From: an uncultured cyanobacterium
GTDB lineage: Bacteria > Cyanobacteriota > Cyanobacteriia > PCC-9006 > JAAUQQ01
Length of the DNA stretch: 64,000 bases
Direction of reading: 5' to 3'
Assembly (NCBI GenBank): GCA_963718615.1
Contig: OY970368.1
Location: 1,088,001-1,152,000 of the forward strand
Positions 10,179 through 20,495 of the stretch are shown here, one piece after another. The notes below the pieces were generated by a model that was given only the letters and a program-made list of their open reading frames with translations, searched no databases and was not told the DNA's origin. Made by a program: the position numbers and the translations under genes. Within the stretch, counting starts at the first letter, position 1, and each line of letters begins with the position of its first letter.

Positions 10179-10220
10179 ACAGGCAATTCAAAAACAGGCA
10201 ATTCAAAAACAGGCAATTCA
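10179..10220. repeat. 15-bp tandem repeat ACAGGCAATTCAAAA x~3
   Basis: Directly visible just upstream of the DUF6464-like gene. Confidence 0.85.
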
Positions 10221-10358
10221 GCGTCGAGCAGCGTTCGGTCCGCCCTGGGTCGGAGCGTGAGTCAGCGTGGGTAGAGGCCCTAAGCCCTATTATGCGCGAT
10301 GGCTTAGGATGGGAGAAAGCATAACGTCTTTAATTTCTGTAAAGGAGTCGTCCCCCAG

Positions 10359-11009
10359 GTGCTGCTGACCCCTGAACAACGCCGGAAACTCGATGATAGC
10401 AATGATGCTGGGTTCTATGACCAGCCTCGCTTTGTCACCCATGTGGATGAGGGCTTTATCGAACAGCTCACCCAGGTGTATCGCGATCGCCTCTCCGCCG
10501 AGAGCGAGATCCTCGATTTGATGAGTAGTTGGGTTTCCCATTTGCCGTCGGAGCTGCGGTTTCGTCATGTGGAAGGCCACGGTCTCAATGCCGAGGAATT
10601 GGCGCGTAATCCTCGGTTGGACCATTTCTTTGTACAAAATCTCAATGAAACGCCACAGTTGCCCCTGGAGAGCGATCGCTTTGACGCGGTGTTGATTGCG
10701 GTCTCGGTGCAGTATCTCCAGCAGCCGGAAATTGTTTTTGCTGAGATTCAGCGGGTGTTGAAACCCGGCGGGATCGCGATTATCAGTTTTTCCAACCGCA
10801 TGTTTCCCAGCAAGGCGATCCAGGCTTGGCAAACGGCTTCGGAACTGGGGCGAGTGGAGCTGGTGAAGTCCTATTTTCGGGCTACGCCGGGGTTCGCAGA
10901 ACCAGAAACGCTCATCAATCAGCCTGCGGGTGCTGGAATATTGCAGCTTTTCGGCTTTCCGGGAGCGGATCCGTTCTACGCTGTCATGGCTCAAGCTCAA
11001 ATTCTGTAA
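10359..11009 (+). CDS. Class I SAM-dependent methyltransferase-like protein
   Basis: FYDQPRFVTHVD, ILDLMSSWVSHLP, RVLKPGG. Confidence 0.88.
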   Translation: MLLTPEQRRKLDDSNDAGFYDQPRFVTHVDEGFIEQLTQVYRDRLSAESEILDLMSSWVSHLPSELRFRHVEGHGLNAEELARNPRLDHFFVQNLNETPQLPLESDRFDAVLIAVSVQYLQQPEIVFAEIQRVLKPGGIAIISFSNRMFPSKAIQAWQTASELGRVELVKSYFRATPGFAEPETLINQPAGAGILQLFGFPGADPFYAVMAQAQIL

Positions 11010-11139
11010 CGGTTTTATTCCAAAGTAAAATTTAGCATCAGTGTCGGGGCACACTGGTAATTAATCATGCTGGGTGCTTATGCTTGGGTGCTAGCATTCA
11101 TCTCGGTTCGATCAGTTTCTCTATTTACACAGAATTATC

Positions 11140-11430
11140 ATGACTCAGTCTCCATCCACTAACGGGGCCGATAAAAAGATTGTGGCGGGAATTTGTGGCA
11201 TTGTGGTCGGTGCCTTCGGGGTGCATAAGTTTATTCTGGGCTATCAGCAGGAGGGCATCATCATGCTGGTGACGAGTCTGGCGGGTTTGGCGCTGTCCTG
11301 TTTTGTGATCCCGGCGTTGGCCACCACGGCCATGGGGATTATTGGGTTAATCGAAGGAATTCTGTATTTGACTAAAAGTGATGAAGAGTTCGTCTCAACC
11401 TATGTTGAAGGCCGCAAACCCTGGTTTTAG
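11140..11430 (+). CDS. TM2-domain membrane protein
   Basis: KKIVAGICGI..GAFGVHKFILGY; EGILYLTKSDEEF. Confidence 0.88.
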   Translation: MTQSPSTNGADKKIVAGICGIVVGAFGVHKFILGYQQEGIIMLVTSLAGLALSCFVIPALATTAMGIIGLIEGILYLTKSDEEFVSTYVEGRKPWF

Positions 11431-11434
11431 GCCG

Positions 11435-11911
11435 ATGCGATCCCAGCGTTGGGGATACGGGGTGGGCTTGGGAATGGCGATCGCCCCGGTCCTAGGGGCT
11501 GTGCTCTACAACCAAGGCTGGCGTATGCCGGGGATGCACTGTTTGTTCCAGGCGCTGCTGGGATTTCCGGGTCCGGGGTGTGGATTGACGCGATCGCTGA
11601 TGGCGATCGCCCGAGGCGATCTGCTGCAATCCATGCAATATCATTTGTTTGGCCCTCTGCTGTTTGGCCTTTGTTGTGTCAGCATTATTGTCTGCGGAAG
11701 GGCGCTGACCTCAAACCGTCCTGTTCGACTCAGTGAAAGGCTAGGACGAGGAATGCAGCGCTATTCGCTGGGGCTGGGCGCGATCGGCATCGTCTTTGGG
11801 GGATACTATCTGCTGCGGCTTTATGCTTGGTCTGGGGCTGATGGGTTGCCGGGGGCGATCGCCCAGTCGAGCCTTTGGCAGGTCTTCGCCACTGGAGCCC
11901 AGGCGCTATAA
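11435..11911 (+). CDS. DUF2752 membrane protein
   Basis: CLFQALLGFPGPGCGLTRS motif; follows the TM2 gene, a common pairing. Confidence 0.85.
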   Translation: MRSQRWGYGVGLGMAIAPVLGAVLYNQGWRMPGMHCLFQALLGFPGPGCGLTRSLMAIARGDLLQSMQYHLFGPLLFGLCCVSIIVCGRALTSNRPVRLSERLGRGMQRYSLGLGAIGIVFGGYYLLRLYAWSGADGLPGAIAQSSLWQVFATGAQAL

Positions 11912-11965
11912 GGCGCTGTAAGGTGCTGTAACAGATGCCATAAAATCCGAAACCAGGAGAAGTCG

Positions 11966-12154
11966 ATGCTCACCGGAACCCCTAAAAAAGTTGTTTTGTC
12001 GCTCATTTTCGCAGGTTTTGGCCTGGGCTATTTCGCCACGTTTGGTTCCTTAGAAATGAACGCCTTGCTGAAAACTCAGCTAGCACTGTTGCCTTTGCAG
12101 CTCGGTTTGGTGGCCTATTTTCTTTGGTTTCGGCCATCGAAGCCAAAAAACTAA
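11966..12154 (+). CDS. Small hypothetical membrane protein
   Basis: AGGAG RBS, 62 aa with two hydrophobic segments. Confidence 0.55.
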   Translation: MLTGTPKKVVLSLIFAGFGLGYFATFGSLEMNALLKTQLALLPLQLGLVAYFLWFRPSKPKN

Positions 12155-12237
12155 AGGACTTTTCTACGCTTCTTGAAAATCAGCCTAGCCTTTGTCGCGG
12201 TGTGGCATATTGCCCCTAAACTGGCTGAAAACGAAAT

Positions 12238-14061
12238 CTAACCCTCCCGAATTCCAGACTGCACCCGCCACAACTTCGCATAAATTCTCCCTTGTGCCAA
12301 CAACGATTCATGGGTGCCCTGCTCCGCCAACCGCCCCTGATCCAACACATAAATCTGATGGGCATGGCGAATCGTCGAAAGACGGTGGGCGATCGCAATG
12401 GTCGTCCGATCCCGCGTAATCACCTCCAAAGACTTCTGAATCGCCGCTTCCGTTTCGTTATCCACCGCCGACGTTGCTTCGTCTAGGATTAAAATCGGTG
12501 GATTTTTGAGAATGGCGCGGGCGATCGCCAACCGCTGCCGCTGCCCCCCCGAGAGCTTTTGTCCCCGCTCTCCCACTACCGTATCGTAGCCCTGAGGCAG
12601 TTGCATGATGAACTCGTGAGCTTCCGCCTGCTTCGCCGCCTGGGCGATTTCTGCGGGGATTGCCTCAAACGTGCCATAGGCAATATTCTCCGCCACGGTG
12701 CCATGGAACAAAAACACATCCTGACTCACCCAGCCAAGACAACGCCGTAGCTCCCGCAGTTGCAGATCGCGGATGTCGATGCCGTCGAGCAAAATGCGTC
12801 CCTGTTGGACTTCGTAAAACCGTAGGAGCAACTTCACCAGCGTACTTTTCCCCGACCCCGTTGCGCCTACAACGCCGATAGTTTCCCCTGCCGGTACGGT
12901 TAGGCTCAAATCAATCAAGGCCGGTTGACGATCTTTGTAGGCAAAGGTGATGTGATCAAACTGGACTTGACCCGCAACTCGCTGGCCGGTGAGGGTGCGA
13001 TCGCCCGTCCGAATCGCGATCGGCGTATCCAACAAATGCATCACCCGACTGACCGAAGCCATGGCCCGCTGGTACTGATCCAAGGTGACTCCCAAACGGG
13101 TAAAGGGCCAGAGCAACCGCTGAATGATAAACACCATGAAGCTATAGACACCGACCGAGAGGCTACCGGCAGCGGCCTGAAGTCCGCCAAAGAAGAGCAC
13201 AGCGGTGAAGCCAATCAGGATAATAAAGCGGATTAAAGGCACGAAGGCCGAACTGAGGACGATCGCCCGACTATTGCTGCGGCGGTAGGCTTCGCTTTCG
13301 AGGGAGACGCGATCGCGTTCGTAAGGCTCGGCGGTATAGCTTTTGATCGTAGCGATGCCGGTCAAATTGTTGGCTAGGCGACTATTGACGAGGCTGGCCT
13401 GTTCGCGCACTACGGCATAGCGGGGGGCAAGGCGTTTTTGGAACCAGAGGGACCCGAGCAAAATAAAGGGAATCGGCAGCATTCCCATCCAGGAGACCTG
13501 GGGCGCAACGATCAGCATCGAGCCACCAATTACCAAAACCGTTGTGATAAATTGCAAAATCTCATTGGCCCCATCGTCCAGAAACCGCTCCAGTTGATTG
13601 ATGTCGTCGTTGACAATGGAAAGGAGTTGGCCGGTGCTGCGCTCTTCAAAAAAGCCCATCTCTAGCTCTTGCAAATGCTGGTAGGCATCGAGGCGCAGGT
13701 CATGTTGAAGCGTTTGGGCCAGGTCGCGCCAGCGGGTGTCGTAGGCGTATTGAAACATCGACTCACCGCCCCAGGTCACCAGCGTGAGCAACGCCAAAAT
13801 GCCCATCTGACCGACGATGCTGGTAATTCCCAACTGCGCGATGAGCGAATTGTCCTGCTGGACGACGGTATCGACGGCAATGCCAATCAGATAGGGCGGA
13901 GCTAGGTCAAAAATGCGGTTGAGGACGGAATAAATACTGGCCAGCCAGATTTGGGCGCGGTAGGTGCGGCTATAGCGCAGGAGGCGGGAGAGGGGGTGGG
14001 AGTCGGCTGAGGGAGCGGCGGATGAGGGGAGAGACGATGCGGTCATGGCTGGCTTTGGCAA
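12238..14061 (-). CDS. ABC exporter, fused permease/ATPase
   Basis: TM domain, GATGSGKST, LSGGQRQR, ILDEATS. Confidence 0.93.
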   Translation of the reverse strand: MPKPAMTASSLPSSAAPSADSHPLSRLLRYSRTYRAQIWLASIYSVLNRIFDLAPPYLIGIAVDTVVQQDNSLIAQLGITSIVGQMGILALLTLVTWGGESMFQYAYDTRWRDLAQTLQHDLRLDAYQHLQELEMGFFEERSTGQLLSIVNDDINQLERFLDDGANEILQFITTVLVIGGSMLIVAPQVSWMGMLPIPFILLGSLWFQKRLAPRYAVVREQASLVNSRLANNLTGIATIKSYTAEPYERDRVSLESEAYRRSNSRAIVLSSAFVPLIRFIILIGFTAVLFFGGLQAAAGSLSVGVYSFMVFIIQRLLWPFTRLGVTLDQYQRAMASVSRVMHLLDTPIAIRTGDRTLTGQRVAGQVQFDHITFAYKDRQPALIDLSLTVPAGETIGVVGATGSGKSTLVKLLLRFYEVQQGRILLDGIDIRDLQLRELRRCLGWVSQDVFLFHGTVAENIAYGTFEAIPAEIAQAAKQAEAHEFIMQLPQGYDTVVGERGQKLSGGQRQRLAIARAILKNPPILILDEATSAVDNETEAAIQKSLEVITRDRTTIAIAHRLSTIRHAHQIYVLDQGRLAEQGTHESLLAQGRIYAKLWRVQSGIREG

Positions 14062-14111
14062 GATGCCCTCCCATTATGGCAGTAGGGGTCGGTATTCCCG
14101 ACCCCACCCCA

Positions 14112-14984
14112 TTAATCGATCGAGATTTTCTGAGGACTACCATCCATGGGGGGCGGCTGGGTTTCGTCAATTTTGCGATAGTCGAGGTAGAGCTGATCGC
14201 GCCAGTTGAAAAACGCCGCGTAGGCCGGATCATCGGCGAGGCCAGGTATGCCCCGATCCTTCAGCGGCAGGGGAATATTCAACGCCGGACTGGAGGGGAA
14301 CTTGATGTACATGCTCAACCCCGCCACGGCAAAGTCCGCCAGCGTGGGATGGTGGGTCACCAAATAGGGCTTTTCAGACAGCAGAATGCTGAGCGCTTCC
14401 AGGTTTTGGGCGAGGTCGCGCTTCGCTGATTTGACTGCATTCGACCCAAACCCCGCCACCGTGCCGCCAATGCTGAGCAATTCGCCAGGAACGGCACCGA
14501 CCATATTTTTCACCACCGTGGGCACCCCATTGGCAACCATGCTGCCCAAGCTCCGGACGGAATCCGGCATGCCGTTGACGAGGCTTTGGATCGCGTCTGG
14601 GGTTTGTGTGGGGAAGAACGCCTTGCGGAACTCGGCATCCTGGTTAAAGGCTCCGATCATTGCGGCTCTGCCATTGAGGGCGATGGAAGCATCGGCCCAT
14701 TCTTCTAGCATGAGCGTCAGGGCGCGGGCCTGGGCATCAAGGGGGAGGATCGGTTTCTCGGGGTACTTTTTGTCGAGGTAGAAGGCGATCGCCGTCGAAT
14801 CCGCAATCACATCATTTCCATCCTTCAACACCGGCACCTGCCGCTGCCCCGACATCCGAAACAGGTCGATTTGCCCTAACCCTGGTGTCACTTCGATTTT
14901 GCGATAGGGCAGGCCCTTGTAGTCTAAGATCAACCGCACCTTTTCGGAGAAGTGGGATAGCTCGAATTGGTATAGCTCTAGCAC
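14112..14984 (-). CDS. Glutathione S-transferase family protein
   Basis: LYQFELSHFSEKVR, QVPVL, IADSTAIA, PTLADFAVA. Confidence 0.9.
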   Translation of the reverse strand: MLELYQFELSHFSEKVRLILDYKGLPYRKIEVTPGLGQIDLFRMSGQRQVPVLKDGNDVIADSTAIAFYLDKKYPEKPILPLDAQARALTLMLEEWADASIALNGRAAMIGAFNQDAEFRKAFFPTQTPDAIQSLVNGMPDSVRSLGSMVANGVPTVVKNMVGAVPGELLSIGGTVAGFGSNAVKSAKRDLAQNLEALSILLSEKPYLVTHHPTLADFAVAGLSMYIKFPSSPALNIPLPLKDRGIPGLADDPAYAAFFNWRDQLYLDYRKIDETQPPPMDGSPQKISID

Positions 14985-15109
14985 TGTTTTTCTGCCCTTG
15001 CGTCTATAGCTTTATTCAAGAAGAAGAACTCCTCTTTGTTTTCCATCCTAGGGGAGATAGCCAAAGAGCAGGACAAATCTCGGCAAAAGCGCCCAATTTG
15101 GGCCATGGC

Positions 15110-15964
15110 CTAGGGCTGGATGCGCCGTTCCTGGACGAGGGTTACGCTTTCGCAGTCGCCGCTGCTGCTGTAGCGCCGGATCAGCCGCTGCCGCTGATTG
15201 GGCTCCACCATCCAGCCTACTTCCAACCCAAAGGACTGACCGGCGCGCACTTCCAAGGGACCATGGGCGGAAGCACCGCCGGGGAGCATCAACACCTGTA
15301 TGGGCAGCGGACCTTCGTCAAAGAGCAGGCGTGGGCCGTCGATTTTGGCACTGGAGGTGAGGGTGAGGGTGCGATCGCCAAAGGAAAGGGTTTGCTGGAG
15401 GCGATCGCCCTGGTGTTGTAGAACTAACTGGCTGGCGATCGCCTCAGAAATCCGCCCATCCGGATCGATCGAAAGACTTTGCCCCTCCCAGGTCCCGAGC
15501 AATTGTTCCAGGGTGAGGGGCGGACTGGCAGTTGCCCCAGAACCGGCCTGGGTCTCGCGGATCAGCGTCATGCCCTTGAGACTGCTGGTCCCGTTACCTA
15601 AGCCTTCGTAGAGCAGCACCAATCGCACCCGGCGATCGGGCGTAGTCAGCGCCAGCTCCGCCCCACTCTGGGAAAAATGGCTCCAATAGGGAGACCCCTG
15701 GGCAAATGCGCCGGTCTCAAAGAACGGAACCGCAGCGCCGGGACCCGGAGGACGAAACTCTAGGACCATTTCCTGGGGCAGTTCACCCAGCGGGGTGCGG
15801 GTGAGGGCGAGTTTGACGCTCTGATCGGGTTGCTCTGTCAGCCGCAAGACGCTAGGCGTATCGCTGAGCGGCCTTCCATCCGGAGAAAATTGGGTAAAGG
15901 AGCCGCGCCATTCGCCGAGATTGGCTTTGAAGCAGTCCCACTGAGATTTCATAACGGATTCCAA
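15110..15964 (-). CDS. DUF3598 family protein
   Basis: MKSQWDCFKANLGEWRGSFTQFSP; RQRLIRRY. Confidence 0.85.
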   Translation of the reverse strand: MESVMKSQWDCFKANLGEWRGSFTQFSPDGRPLSDTPSVLRLTEQPDQSVKLALTRTPLGELPQEMVLEFRPPGPGAAVPFFETGAFAQGSPYWSHFSQSGAELALTTPDRRVRLVLLYEGLGNGTSSLKGMTLIRETQAGSGATASPPLTLEQLLGTWEGQSLSIDPDGRISEAIASQLVLQHQGDRLQQTLSFGDRTLTLTSSAKIDGPRLLFDEGPLPIQVLMLPGGASAHGPLEVRAGQSFGLEVGWMVEPNQRQRLIRRYSSSGDCESVTLVQERRIQP

Positions 15965-16015
15965 ACGCTGGAGGTCAGCTTTGATGATATCGCTGAGCCG
16001 GGGCCGATGCGGGAC

Positions 16016-16375
16016 TCAATCCCCCGAACAGCCCGTCGCCCGCCCCAAATAGGCTTGATAAACCCAACCCCGAGCACCACTGTTCGTCGAAACCTGGGAC
16101 CATTGGCCGGAGCGGTCGGACTGTTCGACCCAGACAGCGGTTCCAGCGGGCAGATCGCCAATGATTTCGCCGTTGGGTTGCGATCGCACATTCAAAACCG
16201 AATCTCGAGACACTTGAACGGTGTGGAAATTGGGGGGACAGTTGCTGGCGATCGCCTGCTGGGCACCGCCCAATCCCTGCACCCGTCCGGGTCGATTGGG
16301 GGATAACAACAGACAAGTCAAGCCAACAACCATAAGGGCGGTTTGAAAGTACTGAGAAACTTTGTCTTGTGGCAT
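16016..16375 (-). CDS. SH3b-domain secreted protein
   Basis: Hydrophobic N-terminus; LNVRSQPNGEIIG...GWVYQAYL. Confidence 0.75.
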   Translation of the reverse strand: MPQDKVSQYFQTALMVVGLTCLLLSPNRPGRVQGLGGAQQAIASNCPPNFHTVQVSRDSVLNVRSQPNGEIIGDLPAGTAVWVEQSDRSGQWSQVSTNSGARGWVYQAYLGRATGCSGD

Positions 16376-16620
16376 GGGTCTAGGCTCTGGTCTAGGTTAA
16401 GCATTGTCTCAGGGAAGACGGCAGCCAGAGAATTGCCGGGCAGATGGGAGGGATGCAGAGGATATGATGCTGACACTCAAACGGCACATCGAGTTTTGGG
16501 GCGCTCCCTAGCCTCTACAAAGCGCCTCTAGATGATTCCAAAAACTTTGCCTGTACCTTAAATTACGCCTTCAATAACGCCTCAAAATACACCTTAAATT
16601 TCCTCAGTACCGTCCCGAGC

Positions 16621-17460
16621 CTAGGCGGAACCAATCACCCCCACCAGGGGAGAACTCGCGCTGGCATAGGCTTTCACGGGGATCCGACCCGCTTGGTAGG
16701 CGAGGCGACCGGCGATGGTGGCGAGACCCATGGCCTGGGCCATGGCGGCGGGGTTGGTGGCTTGGGCGATCGCCGTATTAATCAACAGCGCATCCGCTCC
16801 CATCTCCATGGCCTGGGCCGCCTCACTGGGGGCACCCAACCCCGCATCGACCACCACCGGGATCGCAGCATTCTCAATGATGATGCTGATATTGGCCGCG
16901 TTCTTAATGCCCTGGCCCGAACCAATGGGTGATCCCAGGGGCATAACAGTCGCGCAGCCAACTTCCTCTAGGCGCTTAGCCAAAAGGGGATCGGCGTTGA
17001 TGTACGGCAGAACGGCAAAGCCTTCTTTCACCAGTTGTTCTGCCGCTTGCAAGGTCCCAATGGGGTCGGGCAGGAGATATTTTGTGTCGGGAATGACCTC
17101 TAGCTTGACAAAGTTGTTGTCCTCTTGGCCGAGGAGTTTCGCCATTTCCCGGCCTAGCCGCGCCACGCGGATGGCATCTTCGGCGGTCTGACAACCGGCG
17201 GTATTGGGCAGCATCCAAATTTTGCTCCAGTCTAGGGCTTCCGCCAACCCCTCGTGGCCTGCCGCATTGGTTTGCACCCGCCGCACGGCAACGGTGACTA
17301 TTTCACAGCCGCTGGCCGCAATGCTCTGGCGCATCTCATCAAAATTGCGGTACTTGCCGGTGCCGGTCATGAGGCGAGACCGGAAGCTACGACCGGCGAT
17401 GACGAGGAGATCGTCGGTGGCTTGGGCAGGACTTGGAGTGGGGCGATCGAGCGTTTGCAT
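16621..17460 (-). CDS. thiG: Thiazole synthase
   Basis: [42 protein letters not shown]. Confidence 0.97.
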   Translation of the reverse strand: MQTLDRPTPSPAQATDDLLVIAGRSFRSRLMTGTGKYRNFDEMRQSIAASGCEIVTVAVRRVQTNAAGHEGLAEALDWSKIWMLPNTAGCQTAEDAIRVARLGREMAKLLGQEDNNFVKLEVIPDTKYLLPDPIGTLQAAEQLVKEGFAVLPYINADPLLAKRLEEVGCATVMPLGSPIGSGQGIKNAANISIIIENAAIPVVVDAGLGAPSEAAQAMEMGADALLINTAIAQATNPAAMAQAMGLATIAGRLAYQAGRIPVKAYASASSPLVGVIGSA

Positions 17461-17555
17461 GATGCGTCTAGAGTCGTCAATGAATCAAGGCTCTCTTTCA
17501 TCCTGTCACTTAAAGGGTCCCTTTGGCAGATCCGCCCTCAGCGATCGCCTGGGAT

Positions 17556-18188
17556 TTAGCCGATTTCTCCAATGGCCTTAACGGCGATCCCCCGATAGAG
17601 ATAGCCCCCCCATTGCGGTACCTCTTCCATGTAAAACTGGTCGATCGCCACATCTGGAAAAACCCGCCGAACGATCGCCCCCATATCCCGATCGAGATGA
17701 CAGCCATCGCCAAGGACTTTTTGCAGCGGTGTTAGGCGATGTTGCCAACGCTGGAGCTGGGGATCATCGGCAGCAAGACCATGTTCAAGAAAGAAGAACC
17801 GTCCCCCTGGCTTCAGCACCCGCCGAATTTCCTGGAGCGCCTGCTCGACGTTGGGGATGCTGCACAGGGTCCAGGTGCTCACGACGTTGTCGAAACTGGC
17901 GTTGGCCATGGGGAGAGATTCGCCGCTGAGGGTGCGTTGATCAACGGCGATCGCACTGGCCTCCACCCGCTTCCGGGCCAAGGTATTCATGCCCACATTG
18001 GGATCCACCGTTGTAATCTTTTGAACGCGATCGGGATAGCAAGCCAAATTCAGCCCTGTGCCAAAGCCAATTTCCAGAACTTCACCACTGACATCAGCCA
18101 AGAGCTCCCGCCGATAATGCTCGAAGGGCTCCCCTTGCATCACTCGATCGATTAGACGCGGAAAAAGAAACTGAGTATAGAGATTCAC
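17556..18188 (-). CDS. Class I SAM-dependent methyltransferase
   Basis: VLEIGFGTGLN, TWTLCSI, RVLKPGG. Confidence 0.92.
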   Translation of the reverse strand: MNLYTQFLFPRLIDRVMQGEPFEHYRRELLADVSGEVLEIGFGTGLNLACYPDRVQKITTVDPNVGMNTLARKRVEASAIAVDQRTLSGESLPMANASFDNVVSTWTLCSIPNVEQALQEIRRVLKPGGRFFFLEHGLAADDPQLQRWQHRLTPLQKVLGDGCHLDRDMGAIVRRVFPDVAIDQFYMEEVPQWGGYLYRGIAVKAIGEIG

Positions 18189-18273
18189 TGCGGCCCCTAA
18201 AAATTCACCCTACAATAATTAACCTAACAGCTCGCCAGACCAGGCCGTTTGAGGGAATAGCATCGTAGCCTAT

Positions 18274-18942
18274 ATGAATTCTCAGCCGATGGATCTAGAT
18301 CAAATCAAAGCCGAGCTTAATAGCCCTGACTCCCAGGCTCGCCTACGGGCGCTGACGGCGCTTCGTTTCTATGAAGCCGATACCGCAGTGCCACTCTTGT
18401 GCAGTCGTCTGGAGGATCCAGAGTTTTGGGTTCGGTCGTTTGTGGCGATGGGGTTAGGTCGGAAGCGATCGCCCGCTGGGTTCACAGCGCTGCAAACCTT
18501 GCTGGACGATACTGATGCCAATGTGCGGGCGGAGGCGGCCAGTGCCTTGGGGCTCTATGGCAAAATGGCGATCGCCCCCATGATGGTGGCCTTTAAGCAG
18601 GATCAGCATTGGCTCGTTCGCCGCAGTATTCTCGCGGCGCTGTCGGAGATGGATGCACCGGTTGAGCTGTTTAATGCCTGTACGTTGGCCCTGGAGGATG
18701 CGGACATTACGGTGCGGGAAACGGGGGCGCTGACGTTTAGCCGGTTTGCCCACACGGACATGCAAACGGCGGCCCTAGAGCGGTTATTGCCTCTGGCCCA
18801 GGCCGAATATCCGGTGGTGCGGGCGGCATTGGCGCGATCGCTGCGTCAATTTGACAGTTATCGCGCCCGAGAGATGTTAGTGCAACTTCGCCAGGATGAG
18901 GACCATCGGGTTGTGGCTGCGGTTTTAGAAGGCTTAATTTAA
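18274..18942 (+). CDS. HEAT-repeat (PBS lyase/NblB-like) protein
   Basis: Repeats such as DPEFWVRSFVAMGLG, DANVRAEAASALG, DEDHRVVAAVLE. Confidence 0.85.
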   Translation: MNSQPMDLDQIKAELNSPDSQARLRALTALRFYEADTAVPLLCSRLEDPEFWVRSFVAMGLGRKRSPAGFTALQTLLDDTDANVRAEAASALGLYGKMAIAPMMVAFKQDQHWLVRRSILAALSEMDAPVELFNACTLALEDADITVRETGALTFSRFAHTDMQTAALERLLPLAQAEYPVVRAALARSLRQFDSYRAREMLVQLRQDEDHRVVAAVLEGLI

Positions 18943-18955
18943 TGACCAACTCATC

Positions 18956-19495
18956 CTACAAACTAATATGCGTAATCCTCGTGACAAGCGATGTCAGCGC
19001 TGACCAGGTGTCAGGACCCACAAGGCCATCTACCGTCGCGAGGGGCTGACGCACGGGGAGGGGCAACTGTTGGAAGGCTTTGACCGCTTGTTCCGTCAAT
19101 GGGCCAAATTCGCCGTCGATCGCGCCGAAGTAAAAGCCCCGATGGCCTAGAACTTGCTGGATTTCGCTGGCGGCACCGGTTTTGGGGCCAAAGGAGAGGA
19201 TCTGCTGAAGCCGTTTGACGAGTTCGCCTTGGCTGCCCCGACGCAGCAGGGGCAAATGTCCAACGCCGCCTTGGTGCAAAACCTGCCAGGTTTTTGGACC
19301 GACGATGCCATCATCTTCGAGAAAGGAGCGGGTCTGAAAAACGCGAACGGCGAGCTCGGTGGTCGGGCCAAAGAGACCATCGGCGGTGAGGCCAAAGATG
19401 GAGACGCGATCGAGCAATAATAATTGCAGTTCCTTGACGGCTGCACCGCGATCGCCTGGTTGTAGAACGGGATGGGTTACGGTTGTGGTTTGCAT
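18956..19495 (-). CDS. Peptidoglycan-binding domain protein (two PG_binding_1 units)
   Basis: LQPGDRGAAVKELQ, DGLFGPTTELAVRVFQ, DGIVGPKTW, repeated. Confidence 0.9.
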   Translation of the reverse strand: MQTTTVTHPVLQPGDRGAAVKELQLLLLDRVSIFGLTADGLFGPTTELAVRVFQTRSFLEDDGIVGPKTWQVLHQGGVGHLPLLRRGSQGELVKRLQQILSFGPKTGAASEIQQVLGHRGFYFGAIDGEFGPLTEQAVKAFQQLPLPVRQPLATVDGLVGPDTWSALTSLVTRITHISL

Positions 19496-19624
19496 GGGAA
19501 TGTCCTGGGTTAACGATGAGATTTCCTAGCTCTTACTCTAGGGGAATCACAGGTTGAATACAGATACCCCCACGGGTGATTTATAGCGTAGAATTTCTAC
19601 AAGCTACTCCTGATTGTTCATCGG

Positions 19625-20251
19625 TCATTCATCGGTTTCCGCTGCTTCGAATAGGGTATTGATACTCAGATTTAAGTTGGGTAAGGTTGGGCTGATGAGG
19701 CGATCGCCGCGATGAAAACGCTGAAGTTCGTAAACTCCATCCACTAAATGACAGACCGTGAACGTGGGCTGCTTGGGTCCTCCGATGGCTCGGACTGCGG
19801 CCAGGGCACGGTAATCAACTAGCCAATATTCCCCAATTCCCATTTCTTCGTAGTCTGAGAGTTTGCGATCGTAATCATCTCGCCAGTTTGTGCTGACAAT
19901 TTCTATGATCAGCGGGATGGTTGCGCCATGAATAATGCTACTGCGACTCTTCCAAAGAGGTTCGTGGATGAGTTGAGTGCGATCGAGCAGGATTAAGTCA
20001 GGTTTATAGGCGTTCCCTTGCCGTTGCGGTTTGACAGTCGCGGAGAGGGGCAGGAAATAGTGGGGATGAAATTGTCGGCAGTGGAGACCGAGTTCTAGGC
20101 TCAAAAATCCACCGAGGGCTTCGTGGGGACCGGTGGGGTTAGTCATTTCTTTGGGAATACCATCGAATAGTTCAAAGTTGCACCCGTCTTCTGGGTGCCA
20201 TTCTAGAAATTCCTCGAAGGTGAGGAGGTTGGAGTGAATGGCGTAGGTCAT
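19625..20251 (-). CDS. Uma2-family (DUF820) endonuclease-like protein
   Basis: LTFEEFLEW, KPDL, IEIVSTNW, KLSDYEEMGIGEYWLVD. Confidence 0.9.
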   Translation of the reverse strand: MTYAIHSNLLTFEEFLEWHPEDGCNFELFDGIPKEMTNPTGPHEALGGFLSLELGLHCRQFHPHYFLPLSATVKPQRQGNAYKPDLILLDRTQLIHEPLWKSRSSIIHGATIPLIIEIVSTNWRDDYDRKLSDYEEMGIGEYWLVDYRALAAVRAIGGPKQPTFTVCHLVDGVYELQRFHRGDRLISPTLPNLNLSINTLFEAAETDE

Positions 20252-20495
20252 GGTGTGAGGCCGTGCAAGAAGTCCCTTATCTTAAGACAAGGCTACGGAC
20301 TTATCTAGAGTCTCAGATAGTCAAAATCTTGCAAACTCATGTCTAATCTTCTCTGTCGATAGACAATGAACTAAGCCAGTCTACAAACTCCCCCAATCTG
20401 CGATAGTTTATAGAACTATACAATTCCCAACAAGCCCCAGCGATCCCCGTGTCCTTCCCGGCACCGTCCGCAGGCTTTGCGTTCTGGAGGAATCC

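Noticed and set aside
17460-17560. TPP riboswitch before thiG
   Set aside because: No recognisable TPP aptamer core in the short intergenic region.
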